A DNA stretch of 64,000 bases from the NCBI GenBank assembly GCA_964187785.1, contig OZ076409.1, forward strand, positions 84,756,001-84,820,000, in the 5' to 3' direction. A model generated the notes under the pieces. That model had not been told where the DNA came from. It searched no databases and saw nothing but the letters and a program-made list of their open reading frames with translations. The DNA comes from Amphiscolops sp. MND2022. Its lineage: Eukaryota. Shown here piece by piece: positions 22,012 to 34,391 of this stretch. A program made the translations under genes and the position numbers. Within the stretch, counting starts at the first letter, position 1. Each line of letters opens with the position of its first letter.

Positions 22012-24412
22012 ATGTCGGAACAACCTCTAAGAAACATCTCAATTTGTAACAGCAACTTCACGCAATATACTCAGTCCAGTCCTTATCTAACTCCTTTACA
22101 ACCTCCACAAACGCCTAAGAAAATATATTTTCATAGCACTCCTGCGTCGATTCATAGAAGTCAAAGTAACTTCTCATTTCACGAGTCCTATATGGGATCT
22201 ACGATCCCTTGTCCGCCCAACTTTTCTCAAATATTGGCAACGAGCGAAAGCATCCCCCGCCGTATTTCACTCAAAGCAGCACATCAAGTTCTACACATTC
22301 GAGTGATCAACTCAAAAAAACTCAACACGAAACGAGTGCACTTTCTGCAAGCACCTCCTTAAAGCACAGACGCGACTTTCTTGCCAAGACATGTTTAGAG
22401 TCACAACCAAAATTGCCCCGACTGCAGTGGTCAGAGAAAGTCGGACCCCATATTAAAAAGACATTAGAGGGAGTTGTAGAAACGTACGACAAATGTGGAG
22501 CGCTGACATACCAGCAACAATTAACCCACTTCCACGGCATTATCACGTACCTATACATGTATGCCGAGCCACTGACAGTAATGACATAGGCATTTTGGCT
22601 GTGACAGTACATGCCGTCAACCAAGTTAAAATACAACTTGATGACCTGAGCAAGAATGACCATTGCGAATTGATTCTCGAACCATCTTTCGGTAAATATA
22701 CTGGACCCTTTTTCTAAAACTTGAAAACGACGTAGGATGTTCTGTGTAGATATCAAGTTATTAGCATATGGTTTCACGTTTTCAACAAGATAGAATGCGG
22801 ACGTATAAATGGTTGATATGAGAAAATAGATTTGAACATAAGGCAAGAAAATAAATGTCCAAATCTAGAACTATGAACTGAGTTCGTTTTAGGAAACACT
22901 ATTCGAGTGGAACACCGTGTCGAACGATGGGTGATGAACGCGATGTGGGTCAATCACCTCAATGTGAGGCCGACTTTCCAACGGAACTCACCAAGAACTG
23001 TGACGAGAGCATTTCAACGGGACGATGGTGGCGTCGAAGGTTGCTACGGAGCAATTCTTTGTAACTTCAAAAGGGAATGCGAACTTCAACCCCAGATCTA
23101 TTGCTGAGGAGTTCATGGACAAGGAAAAAATTGAACCATTAGGAGCATTAAGAGCTTTAAAGTTGTAAGTAACGAGTGCGGGATTTTTTGGAAGTATCAT
23201 TTTCATTCTCTCAGGTAATGTCTCTCTCTCTCTCTCTCTTTGTCGAATGACAAAACAACTCTTTTGTCAGATTAACATCACACAATTCAAGTTTTTCCGC
23301 AGTTGTGTTGCTTTACAATTTCGTTCTCACTCTCTCACAGTGGATGATATACTGCTGGGGTGTGTCCACAAAACCCTTCCTCTGCTTACATCCAGCAATG
23401 CCGGATTCATGAAGAAAACTCAGGCCATCGCTGAGATCTGGGCAGGTGTTGACAAGGCCTGGGCTGCAATACACAGTGTCACTGAGCGACAGCTGGGTCC
23501 TTACGTTGTCAGACGCCTCAATGCGCAGCGATATGCCCGCCAAGTGCTGCGAGCGAAAGAATTCATCACGTTTTGTGGCAGCAAACGCAACCACACGGAA
23601 CCCACCAGGCAGCGACTCATAGAGTTTTACGCCAAGAACTCATGGAGCACTGAAGAAGACATGAAAAAGGTATTTTTTTTGACCAGCAGCATTTGACGGA
23701 ATGACTTTTTCTTAAAAAAAAGCAACGGCAACATTGCATGAGAAGGATTCAGTTACACTGCAAAAAAACTACCAGCATTATAATAGCTAGAACGAAGTGA
23801 ACAAAACAACATTTAATTAACATTTTCATGTTGTTCTATTTATTTCAGAGGTTCAAGATTGTCACAGATCGATTGAATCCGGAGGCGATACAGACTCTAA
23901 CAGTTTCCCTTTGCCACGATGTCTTGTTCCTGCCAGCTCATAACGAACAAACAGATAACTTCAAGAGGGCGCTTGGCAGACGAATCAAGTCACAGCAATG
24001 GCCATCAATTTGTGACGTCTACGTGAAAGGCTTGGGTCGCGGAGTAGTAACCACAACCAATGTCGAAGAAGGAGAGATCGTTGTCGACTATCACGGAGAG
24101 GAGATCAAAGGAATGAGCTGTGAAGAGTACCTTGAGATACCCGGCAACCAGAGCGAGTATCTCTTCCAAATTTCGCAAAAACACTTAGTCGAGGCTTCCA
24201 AGGAAATCTGCGACGAACATCCAAACAACCGGTGCCTTGCGAGATTAATTAATCACATGTCGTCCAAGGAAGCAAATGTGAAACCGGTGCTAGTAAACAT
24301 AGCACAGAACAAAGACATCCTGGTCATGGTAGCCAAGACTGACATTGCGGCATTCCAGGAACTTCGCTTCGACTATGGAGATGAAGAAGCGAGGAGCTTG
24401 TTCGATCCATGA
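22012..24412 (+). pseudogene. Spliced gene: tyrosine-recombinase-like N-terminal region plus C-terminal SET domain; about 3 frameshifts (pseudogene or assembly errors)
   Basis: Exons ~22012-22691, 22893-23164, 23303-23669 and 23849-24412 have phase-compatible GT-AG sites. YR-like traces: HLNVRP, EQFFVTSKG..NFNP, LR..., RSHS. Frame changes are needed near 22.2-22.36, 22.56 and 23.0 kb. Confidence 0.55.
23849..24412 (+). CDS. Terminal exon encoding an intact SET domain
   Basis: GLGRGVVTT...VVDYHG...CDEHP...LARLINH...NVKP...DIAAFQELRFDYG contains the SET motifs GxG, RLINH and ELxFDY. Confidence 0.85.
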   Translation, partial: RFKIVTDRLNPEAIQTLTVSLCHDVLFLPAHNEQTDNFKRALGRRIKSQQWPSICDVYVKGLGRGVVTTTNVEEGEIVVDYHGEEIKGMSCEEYLEIPGNQSEYLFQISQKHLVEASKEICDEHPNNRCLARLINHMSSKEANVKPVLVNIAQNKDILVMVAKTDIAAFQELRFDYGDEEARSLFDP

Positions 24413-25116
24413 ATTTACCTCCTGTTTGATGTAAACATAGTTTTCAAAAACTTTTCAATTAAATGATTGCTCGATCCATGCGTTCCATGCTATTTTCCTT
24501 GCTCTAAAAATATTGGAGTGTTCGGAAATTATGTTCAGTTAAATATCAAAGTTTTCCAATTGATTAGTTTTTGAAAGAAAAAATGATCCCGGAGTTTTAC
24601 CTAGTTGGTATAGAAAGGTTTTTGGGAACTGTATCTGCTCGCGGAGTCGTTACGGTATTTATATACAGCTGAGAATTGGCTGAACTGACTTGAACAGTTG
24701 CTCAAAATTAATGCAATGTACTACCTTCAAATTATAACTGGGAATCGTTTAACATTGATATATAGATTCTTCAAACCAGGCCTAAAAGTTAGTTTCTCAA
24801 TTCTAGAGCGCATTTTGAGCGCGAGCTGAGCTAATGCAATCTGAAGAATCCACAAAATTGGCTTCAACGCTTGTGTAAAATCAGTGTACAATACATTTAA
24901 GCAATAACTAGCGATGGTTTAATATTGATATATTGATTCTGCAAACCATGTTTAACAGTTACCTTCTCAATTCAAGTGCGCTTTTAAAACGCAAGCTGTG
25001 GTTTTTGAAAATGATATAATTGTGAAAAATTTTATTTTTCTGGAAGTAAAATACTTGTCATACAAATCAAACGAATCAAAGTTCTCCGACATTTTTTGCC
25101 CTATTTGCTGAAAAGA

Positions 25117-27535
25117 TTAGCATTTTATCGTATGGTTGTCCTTCCACTTTGCCCTTTTTCTTGAAATTTTCAATGAAGTAACCAATGACCTGTAATCAAG
25201 GTCTGATATTTCGGGATTTCTTTGTCTCTCAAACAATGGACGTTGGTCTTTGACACATGTTCGCTCAATTGCACCTTTAAGAAACAAGTATTCGGAAGGG
25301 TCCAAAACACAGCCTTTTTTCTCAACATCTTAAATGTATGCTATACTCAAAAACTTGAAATCGGTGACGGCAAATTCTTTGCATACCCTGATTGATCCTT
25401 GATTTGTTGCCTTTTCCCTTATTTTCGCTTGAGCAGTTTTCCGTTGAGTGATCGATGAACATGTGTCGCTGCCTGATCAGGAAGCTGAGCTGTTTTCACT
25501 CTTCGTTGCCCTGAGCAATTCAGTGTCATTTTTCACTACTACAAAACAAATTGGGGTTGAGGAATGGCGCTTCGATAGTCCAAGAGCTTTGTCGTTACTC
25601 AGTACTTCAAACCGCCCTCCCCAAACGAGTAATTGTATCCTCCACAGCTTTTCCAGTTGTTCCAGTAAATTGCCCAACCACGTGAAAACGAAGTCCTCTC
25701 AGCAGCCTACTCGAATCTCGAGTGGCACCTACTTCTATCATTGCAGGCTTGACTACATTTTTGCATATTTCGGAATGAGTCGTTGTCTGCTGGAATTGTT
25801 TCTGAAGCTTGTTAAATGTATCGCTCACTGGTAATCTTTTGTGTTTCAAAACTATGTCGAGGTAATGGCAGTAGGAACAGAAATTTTCATAGAATAAAGG
25901 ATCAAGGTTGTACAGTTTTCCTCCGCCTCTCATTGTTTTGGTTTGGAAGTCCTTGTGAGCATGATGGTTCGACTTCTCCATCGCTAACCACCGGTAATTT
26001 AAGCAGTAGAATCTAGATACTATTTTCTTTACATGGTGTGAAGAATCTATAATTGAATGATCAAACATGCGAGAGTGCAAATTGAAGGTAGTGGTCCACG
26101 AATTTAAACTAAAATTGTTCGTTTATTTTTGTGGATTCTTCACAGTAATAAAATTACCTTACTAAGTGGCAATTGGAAAATACAGAATCAGTGAAAATAA
26201 CCACAACTTACCACTGAATCAAAATGTTATACTTGATGATTGCGCTGTAATTTTATCAGAGAAGTCTTGCAAAATTCTGAAACACAGCCTTGTGTGATCA
26301 ACGCCGCCAATTTAATACCCATCACCCCACAAATCTATATTGAGCTCAGATATTTCGTCTCTCTCGTGAAGAATCCACGCAGCAAATTTGACACATGACA
26401 CCAGATCACAACGAAATCCAGAAAAGGTGGCTTCAGGCTTACACACCGAGATAAAGTTTTCCATGATCTGACTCTGGTATCTCTGGACTGCACTGTATGA
26501 TGGTACGAGATTTTGGAATTTTCCTAATTTATTGATTTTCTAATTCGAAGATAGAGTAAATAACAAGTCTTCTGCTTTGCCTGACTTGAGGCAAACCGCA
26601 ACATTGGAGATTATGGTTTCTCGCGACTGAAAATTAGGGAAGATTTTTTAAATGACTGATTTAAAGTACCCTGGTTGTTTTGTCCCGGAGAAGTGAAGGA
26701 TGACGTCTATTAGAGCTTCAAAGTTGACGTTGTTTCTTTTTGCATGACGCAAAACGAACTTCCAATAGGCGATTGGAGATTTTTGTAGTCTAACTATTTT
26801 TTCCCTCGCGTAACTACGTAAATCGTAGACTGACTGATTGTTTTCGGGCTTTGGTGGAATCGTCTGCATTGTGGAATGGTTGTTCACGGGTTCAAGTGAG
26901 TCATCGGTTCCAGTTTGTGTACCAACTGTTCTGTGTACCACTTGTCTGAGCGGTGTTGATTTGACCACTTGGTTTCCAGTGGGAGACAGATCCACGCCCA
27001 TCAATTTAGTTATGATTTCCCTTCGAGCGTTTTTCCATGGTACGTTTTTCACACCACTCAGCAAAATCAGTTTCATCATGTGTGCCTAACAAAAAATTGT
27101 ATTTATAAAAAAGTATGCTCCCGGAGTCGTTAGGTTGTTAGCTTAGAAATTATTCTACAAATATAAATGCTCCTGGAGTCGTTATGGTTTCCGTACAGAA
27201 ATGCTGCTTAGAACATTTGGATATTCCTGGGGTTGTTAAAATGTTACTATAGAAGATGAAATAGGTTGTAAAAATGTTAATGTAGAAGTTGAATTAAAGT
27301 TTTGAGTTTAAAAACATACCTCGATGTAAATCTTGTGGCTTGTCTGGCCTTTGGGTTTCCACTCGATGACGAAATCTTCAGCTTTCAATGATGTTCCACA
27401 AATGACGTGATTCGTTAATTTTGTAGCTTCTCGATATTTGTTAACCTCATTGACTCCAGAAATTTGATCGATTAGGTTATAATCAATGTATTGAATACTG
27501 TTTATGAAAATTGAATTCTCGTTCCAGACTTCCAT
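25117..27535 (-). pseudogene. Decayed multi-exon gene: RNase-H/transposase-like segment plus C-terminal BRCT-like domain
   Basis: Exon ~27535-27320 with GTATGT donor. Exon ~27086-26212 stays in one frame through 4 stops (...IDLWGDGY*IGGVDHTRLCFRIL...QS) and ends at GTAAGT. Downstream LRGLRFHVVGQFTGTTGKAVEDTITRLG(G)...YI*D...VLDPSEY resembles BRCT. Confidence 0.5.
26003..26150 (-). repeat. Right arm of ~150-bp inverted repeat (partner 21410-21557)
   Basis: Reverse-complement similarity read directly from the sequence. Confidence 0.75.
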
Positions 27536-27886
27536 TGTTGATGAGTTGATTGAAATGCAATGCAAGTTTAGTGAATAGTTAAGTGAATAGAAAATGGGAG
27601 TAAGGTGTTTGAGCAAAATTTGAGTTCCACACTGTCTTTAAAGTGAGAACACGAGTCCAAACGAAAAAGGAAAATGAGTCATAAAATGGGACTAGTCGCG
27701 GGTTGTTACTGACACTTTTTGCACATGTGGCAGTTTAAACGCAAATTGAGACTCGAGTTCTCACCTGTTGAAATTTTTTTCAACTCACACATCACTTCTG
27801 CCTATTTGAATTTTATTCAACTCTATGCAAACTCAATCTATTTGACTACAAAATACCCAGTACTTATAGCAAAAAACTAATTCGAA

Positions 27887-28540
27887 ATGTTGTCCAAGCA
27901 TTTTAAACTTAATGAAGTTGTTGATGCTATCGATGAATGCTACATTCGGTGGCAGGCAGAAATAATTGAATTTATCGGGGAGTGGGAAATAGTTGTTCGA
28001 TGGAAAGAATTTGGAAAGGAAAAATCAAAAATACAAATCAAAACCACTGTGAGAAAAACATCAGAGAAGTGGATTGTTAGAAAGACAAAAGTAACCTCCC
28101 AGGAACTTCCTCAAAAAAGAAGGCGAGCCAACAAAATTTTACTTGACTATCAGCGCAAAGTCCAAACCCGTGGTGATAGAGTCAAATTTATTCAAGAAGG
28201 TGACATTAAACAAGGATTTGTTTTCATTAAGGACACGGTACAGAGTGAAATGAAAATCTTTGAAGAAGACGAGTTCAGAAAATGGCATGATATGAGCAAA
28301 CTGGAAGAATTGACCACCGTTTTCAGAACCCTGACAGTAAAGTACGACGAACTGCGGAGTTTAGCAACTCAAGTGATCCCTGAAACAAACGAGTTCGAGA
28401 GCGATGATAGCCTCGATGAAATTGACGAAACTGAAAATGAGTCAGCCGCCGACAACAAAGCAGAAGAACGTAGTTTCCCCAAAAAAGAAAGAACCGGTCG
28501 ATATGATGACAATGATACCCGTAAGTGTACAAAGTATTGA
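27887..28540 (+). CDS. Protein with N-terminal Tudor/chromo-barrel-like domain and acidic tail (may splice at 28520)
   Basis: FKLNEVVDAID...WQAEIIE...EIVVRWKEFG fits the royal-family beta-barrel pattern; GTAAGT donor at 28521; divergent from the minus-strand gene. Confidence 0.5.
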   Translation: MLSKHFKLNEVVDAIDECYIRWQAEIIEFIGEWEIVVRWKEFGKEKSKIQIKTTVRKTSEKWIVRKTKVTSQELPQKRRRANKILLDYQRKVQTRGDRVKFIQEGDIKQGFVFIKDTVQSEMKIFEEDEFRKWHDMSKLEELTTVFRTLTVKYDELRSLATQVIPETNEFESDDSLDEIDETENESAADNKAEERSFPKKERTGRYDDNDTRKCTKY

Positions 28541-30679
28541 AATATCTATGCGAGTTACGCGCTGATTTATGAAATGTAGCAACAAGCATAAACGTGTTCA
28601 ATAAGCATGAAAGCAACTTTGTTCGAAAGCATGAAAACTGTTTGTTGTGTTAAACAGAGTAGATGTTTTCATTTGCTTTAGAAAACTACCGAAGAAGTTC
28701 CACTCATCTATTTCCCGTGTGTGAATGGGATTTTGAATGAAGGTGGGAAAGTGATGGATCACTATTTATCCATTGTTATTAAATTTGTTAGATATTTATT
28801 GTTATTAAATATAATCATCAACGACACGCATGAACTAACGTGTATGTCAATACCCGTGTTCTCTTTGAATAGGCATCAGCAAAATGTTCTTTAGCATCTG
28901 TTTTTACACTCATGGAGTCGTTATTTTGGTAATTCAGAAATGCTAGTAGCACAAAAAAATTTCAAGTCCAGTTGTTCCGAGTTAGCTCTCCAGAGTCAGA
29001 GTCAAAAGATTTAGAATCAAAAACTGCAACTGTTCACTCTTAGATAAGTTTGCATTTTTTCTGAATCATTTATAGGTATTTAGGAAGACGCCCCCGGGGT
29101 TGTTACAAGTTATTCATAGAAGTATTGCTCACCTGTTGTTCATACACTCATGGAGTCATACACTCAGGGAGTCTTAGAACTAATGAAAAAAGTCTAAATT
29201 TTGAAAAAAAATGAACTAAAATAAAATTTACTTTATAAACAAAACAACTTTCCATATAAAATGTTTGATTTCAAATAGCACAATTCTAGACAAAAATGAA
29301 TTGTCATTGAAACGTGAAACTATGTTTGAATTCTACGTGTCGTTCATATTCACTCATTGTCAGTCATTTGAAGAACGAACTAGCTGTTGTTCAGACACTC
29401 ATGGAGTCGTTACTTTGCTCGTGAAGAGTCGTTTGGAGATATCTGGAGAACAGAGTGAATTTTAAAAAAATGAATTCAAATAGAACAATTTTGGACCGAA
29501 TCATCATTGAATCTTGTTTCAATCAGACACTGTGTGTATCAGTGTGTCGACTCTGCGTCGATTTTATTTAGAGTTATTGTTATAAAGAATTGAGATAAGT
29601 CTTTGAAGAATCCAGAAAAAAGTTAGAATTAATTATCATTAGTGTTTGAAGAATCCAGAAAAGTGTTCAAGAATTTAGAAAAGTGTTCAAGAAATCAGAA
29701 AAAATTTCAAGAAATGAGAAAAGTATACAAGAAATGACAAAATGCGAAGAATCCTCACACCAATAATGTTACATGTGCAGCATAGATTGTCATTATTATG
29801 AAGAATTCACAAATCAATTTTCTCAATTCTTGGAATTTTCACTTTTGCACTGCTTATATTAGTGTGTGATTTCTACAATCATTTTGGCGGCACTGCCATT
29901 TTCTTTGAAGTGCACAACTTTTGTCAATTCTTTAAAACACATTTTGGTAGGTGAGAAAACCAACTTTTGTCAATTCTTGAAAAAATTAAAACTTCCCCAA
30001 TTGGCGTCGTAATGATGCCGCAAACAGGAGATAACGAATTCCGGATGTAACCAATATCGCCCTGGTTGGAACTGCTTGAAATTTTTAAGATTTGTAGGCT
30101 ACCAAACTATTTTTTCATGATTTCATGAAATTCTGAAGGAAACGTCCATGCATTAAAAGTTCACTCATGCTGTTTAATATTATCAAGCTGCCTATAAGAT
30201 GCATCCTAAAGTTGGCGGCAATTCAGAGCCGCGAAGTTTTACAAGGTTTCATGAAGACGCGGTTCTAATTTTGAAAACAGCTGAGACCTTCATCATTTTT
30301 ACCGCGGTTTCAATGCAAATATTTTTCAGTCACATGATAAGTTTCAAAGTAGCGTGATATATAGCGTGCCATTTGAGTAAAGGTGTTTCCATAAGATAGT
30401 TGCTTGAGAAACTTACGCCTGAAAACAACGTGATCGTGGTGAAGAAGTGGAAATGTTTCCAGTTTTAACTCAAATAGTTAGAGCTGAATAGTAATCCTAC
30501 AAAATGTTTCCATGGATGGTCCCTGAATTTTCCATGTTTTATAATATTTTAGCCGACATTTTTTGATGGTGCGTGTGAGTTTTTGCGGCAACTCCGACTA
30601 AGATGGATATAACTTTTTTGGGCGAATTTTTCAAAGTTACAAGAGGTCCTCCTTTAGTTTTCTTCGCAAACTGGATTCA

Positions 30680-32225
30680 ACTCAAACCGGATATAACGAA
30701 TACCCGATATAACGTATACCTGATACAACGACACAAAACCATGTCCAATTTACTCAAACCGGATACAACTAACTTCGGATTAAAAGTGTACCGGATTCAA
30801 CGTTTCTTGTTTTTTTTTAGATGACATGTTTTATCAATTTCTATCAATTTTGTTCGTGTCAATTCTTGCAGACAACTTAGAACATGCATAACATCTAACG
30901 CGTTTATAAGTTCGGATAAAACGTTTTCAAAACTCGGAAGAAACAATTTCAAAGTTCGGACATAACGTTTCACTTCTCGGATAAAGTTATCGTTTTTTTC
31001 TCAAAACTTTCACATAGTTTGCGTCCATTGTAAAACTTTAGGGTCAAGTTTTCGGCAGTATATATATTTTTAGATTTTTGAAAAATCTTTATTCAACAGT
31101 GATACTAAAACTACGTCCTCGAGTACACTTTTGGGGCTTGTTTCGGCTTTGTGAGACTTTTTTGAAAACAAAAAAAATTTTGAAAAACATGGTAGCTTTA
31201 TCCGGTAATTCCCAAGACGTCAGAACAAAACAGCAAGCTCAAGGAAACAATTAGTATAAAACAATTTCTAGTCAAACCTTCACAAGAATTCTGGATCATG
31301 TTTTGGCTCAACGCTTTTGCGTTTTTTTCCAATGTTTAATTCGACCTTTTTTTAAAGAAAATACCAACAACGCTTTAAATTTATTTTTTCTGCATTAATG
31401 GGGCATTTGCGGATTTCTTCCAACCAACTTCAGATTGCATTCTCAGAAAGCGTGCTAATATGTAAATGTCTTGTCATTGAACTCTGTAGATCTTCATATC
31501 CACGAAAAATTCAGAAACTCCATGAAATGCATGAAAGACAAATAATGGTAAAATTTGGCTCTTTTTCGTGTATGTTTTTCACGCTGCTATTGATGAACAA
31601 AAATAGAAATCTCAACTCAGGACGACAGTTTAGACTTCAGAGACAGACTTTGATCACGCTGTTTTCAGTCAGCGCTTTTTTTAAGAAAAGAGTCGACTAT
31701 AGTCATCGCCTTTTGTCAGAGATTTTTTCGATACACCTGAACTGTTCAATATTTCTTCAATTTTGGCAATGTTCCTTTTGGCAAACAACAAACTACATTT
31801 GAGCAGTAAAAAGTGCTAACAACTCAAACCGGATACAACGAATTTCGGATATAAAGTATATCGGATATAACGTTTCTTGTTTTTTTTTTAAATGACAGGT
31901 TTTATCAATTTCTATCAATTTTGTTCATGACAATTATTGCAGACAACTTAGAACATGCATAACATCTAGCACGTTTATGAATTCGGATTAAACGTTTTCA
32001 AAGCTCGGATGAAACGTTTTCAAAGTTCGGATATAACTTTTTCATTTCTCGTGTCACGTTATCGTTTTTTTGCAAAACTTTCACATAATTTGCGTACACT
32101 GTAAAGCTTTAGGGTCAGGTTTTCAGCAGTATAATTTTTTTAGAAAAATCTTTATTCAACAAGTGATACTAAAACAACGTGCCCGGGTACACTTTTGGGA
32201 CTTGTTTCGGCTTTGTGGGACTTTT
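30680..32225. repeat. Two ~400-bp diverged direct repeats (~30751-31160 and ~31821-32225), rich in CGGATA
   Basis: ACTCAAACCGGATACAAC...GCAGACAACTTAGAACATGCATAACATCTA...GTACACTTTT...TTGTTTCGGCTTTGTG occurs in both copies. Confidence 0.75.
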
Positions 32226-32249
32226 TTTCAAAAAAAATTTTTAATGCCT

Positions 32250-32441
32250 TCGATGGGACCTCTTTTTTTGTATTGATATTTTGCAACAGAATGGGTGTTG
32301 AAAAATCCGAAAAGACGCGCCATTTCGGTCCAACTTTCGGGCATTTTGGGTACTGTAGAAAAGAATACTTGACACTTTGAAGTCTTTTTGCTATTTTTGA
32401 GCCTTAGATAAGGCGCCGACTTGGATCGTTCCCGGCTTGTT
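32250..32441. repeat. Dispersed repeat; related copy at ~53905-54227
   Basis: Shared TTGATATTTTGCAACAGAAT and TTTTGAGCCTTAGATA..GCGCC.ACTT.GA.CGTTCCCG.CTTGTT. Confidence 0.65.
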
Positions 32442-32670
32442 CCTTATGAAGTAACTCATTTTTGATTAGTAAATTATCAGTTTCCTGTTTTGGTCAAACG
32501 AAAAATTATTGAGAGAAGTTGAAATCCTGTTTTGGAAAACACTTTCACTTTTAATTCGGTCAGTTTGAAAAATTTGTTCAATTTTCCCTCGAAAAATATT
32601 GATAGTGGCGGGACATAAAAGAGCTGTTGTTTTTTTTATCCGGGAAGGTGTTGCGAGTTTTATCTATAGA

Positions 32671-34391
32671 TGTCGCAGGCTGCCGCCTGCGATGGGAACG
32701 TCTATACAATCGACCACACAAGGCCAATTGCTCTGCCTGGGACACTCCCATTATAAACTAAAACTTTCAAACATTTAGTATTATTTTGAATATGTTGATT
32801 GATGTATTGTATTAATATTCTTCATGTAAAATACATTTGACAGCAAGTTATACTGACAGGCAAAGAGGAAACGTGTTCAAATGTTTGCCTGTCCAGTATG
32901 GCTAGCTAGGCCGTCAACGGCTAATTGGCCAATCACAGCGCAGTTTATAACAACCATTCCTTTACTTATTATGTAACTGTGCTAATAGCTATTTAGAATG
33001 GACCAATACGGCCAATTGACTTCGCCGGCCTAATTATGCTTTGATGTTGTGGTTGAATAGTATTCAACAATTGCAAATAGGACGAAAGCGGCTATGTAAC
33101 ATAGCCGTCCCTATCTTTTGTATTAATTGTCTTGGTGCTGTGCAATAAAGAAGGCCCAACTCGGTCGGTCGACACGACGAATATTCAAGTGCTGTATTAC
33201 TTATCACATGAAATTAACGTCTCAATTAATTAGCAATTGAAGGACGTGAATAACCCATTCCATGTAATGACCAAACGCATATAGTGTTAACATGCAGTGT
33301 TGCTTTCCTATATGTTGATGAGACTTAATTAGAAAACCCGGACGGCCATTAGCCGTACCGGGCCTTCATGTATCTGTCCAAAGGTGATGTTGTTTTACGG
33401 TGTTTGAAAGGAACTATAAGTCCCTTACAGCTACCCCCATATGTGTCTTACATGAATGCTTCCCACATGTAAAAGTGTTTATGTATATTACGTTACATGT
33501 AAGTGCTACACTCTATGCGTCACTCGGCCTACTAAGGCACTTTGATCTACCCGCCCCTACCTGTCCGTAGTGACGTAATGATTCTATTTTTAGCAGTGAC
33601 GTGTTCTATTTATAACTTGTAAGTTATTTTTAGTAACATGACCTCCATAAAATTGCGAATCATGCCCACTTAGGTATATATACCCAGGTCGGACTTTCGC
33701 AAGACACAATTTTGCTAAACTTGATACAGTTGAATCACAAACTTTGCATTTATACAAGTTGCCTTGTAAAACTTTCTTACTACCCGATTACAGGAATAAT
33801 TCAAATATTTCCTCCTGTAGAAATATTTTATGCCTTCCACAAGAAGACAAAAGGCTAAGGCCAGAAAGTCGAGGGAATTAGATATGTTGTCCGATTACGG
33901 CAATATGGACGTAATGTTAGGTGGCAGAAGTTCCAACTCTATAGAAAGAGAACTTGATAGCTTGATTAATGTCCCTGAGGGACAACGAGACTTTCAGTCC
34001 TTTCCGAACAGAGAAAATTCATCTCAAGAAAATGAGATTAGAGACATCGATAGTAGAAATGAACCAGTCAGGGAAAGCAGACTGATAGAGTCTATCAATA
34101 CACTATCTGGGGAAATGAACGCTAGGATGTCGCGTGAGATGGAGGCTATGATGGACCTAATGCAATCACAGATTACCAGGGCCATCAGTTCTGCTATAAG
34201 CGAGAGAGTCATTCCGGAAATACAGAATATGGTAGAAAATTTGCCTTTGGGTCAACATGGCGTTGAGCCGGGTACGTCTTTAAATGAGAAAGGAATCAGA
34301 AGCGCATGGGAAAACACAAATATAAGATTAACAAAGAAGGACTCAAGGTCCGCTTGCGATCTGAGAGACCACATGGACGTTAGTCCTTACA
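32671..34391 (+). repeat. 5' LTR (1721 bp)
   Basis: TGTCGCAGGC...TCCTTACA; matches 46923-48644 apart from the ~3 differences I could see. Confidence 0.95.

Noticed and set aside
26003..26080. N-terminus of ORF 25607-26080 as real protein
   Set aside because: Falls within the non-coding inverted-repeat arm; the likely exon starts further downstream.
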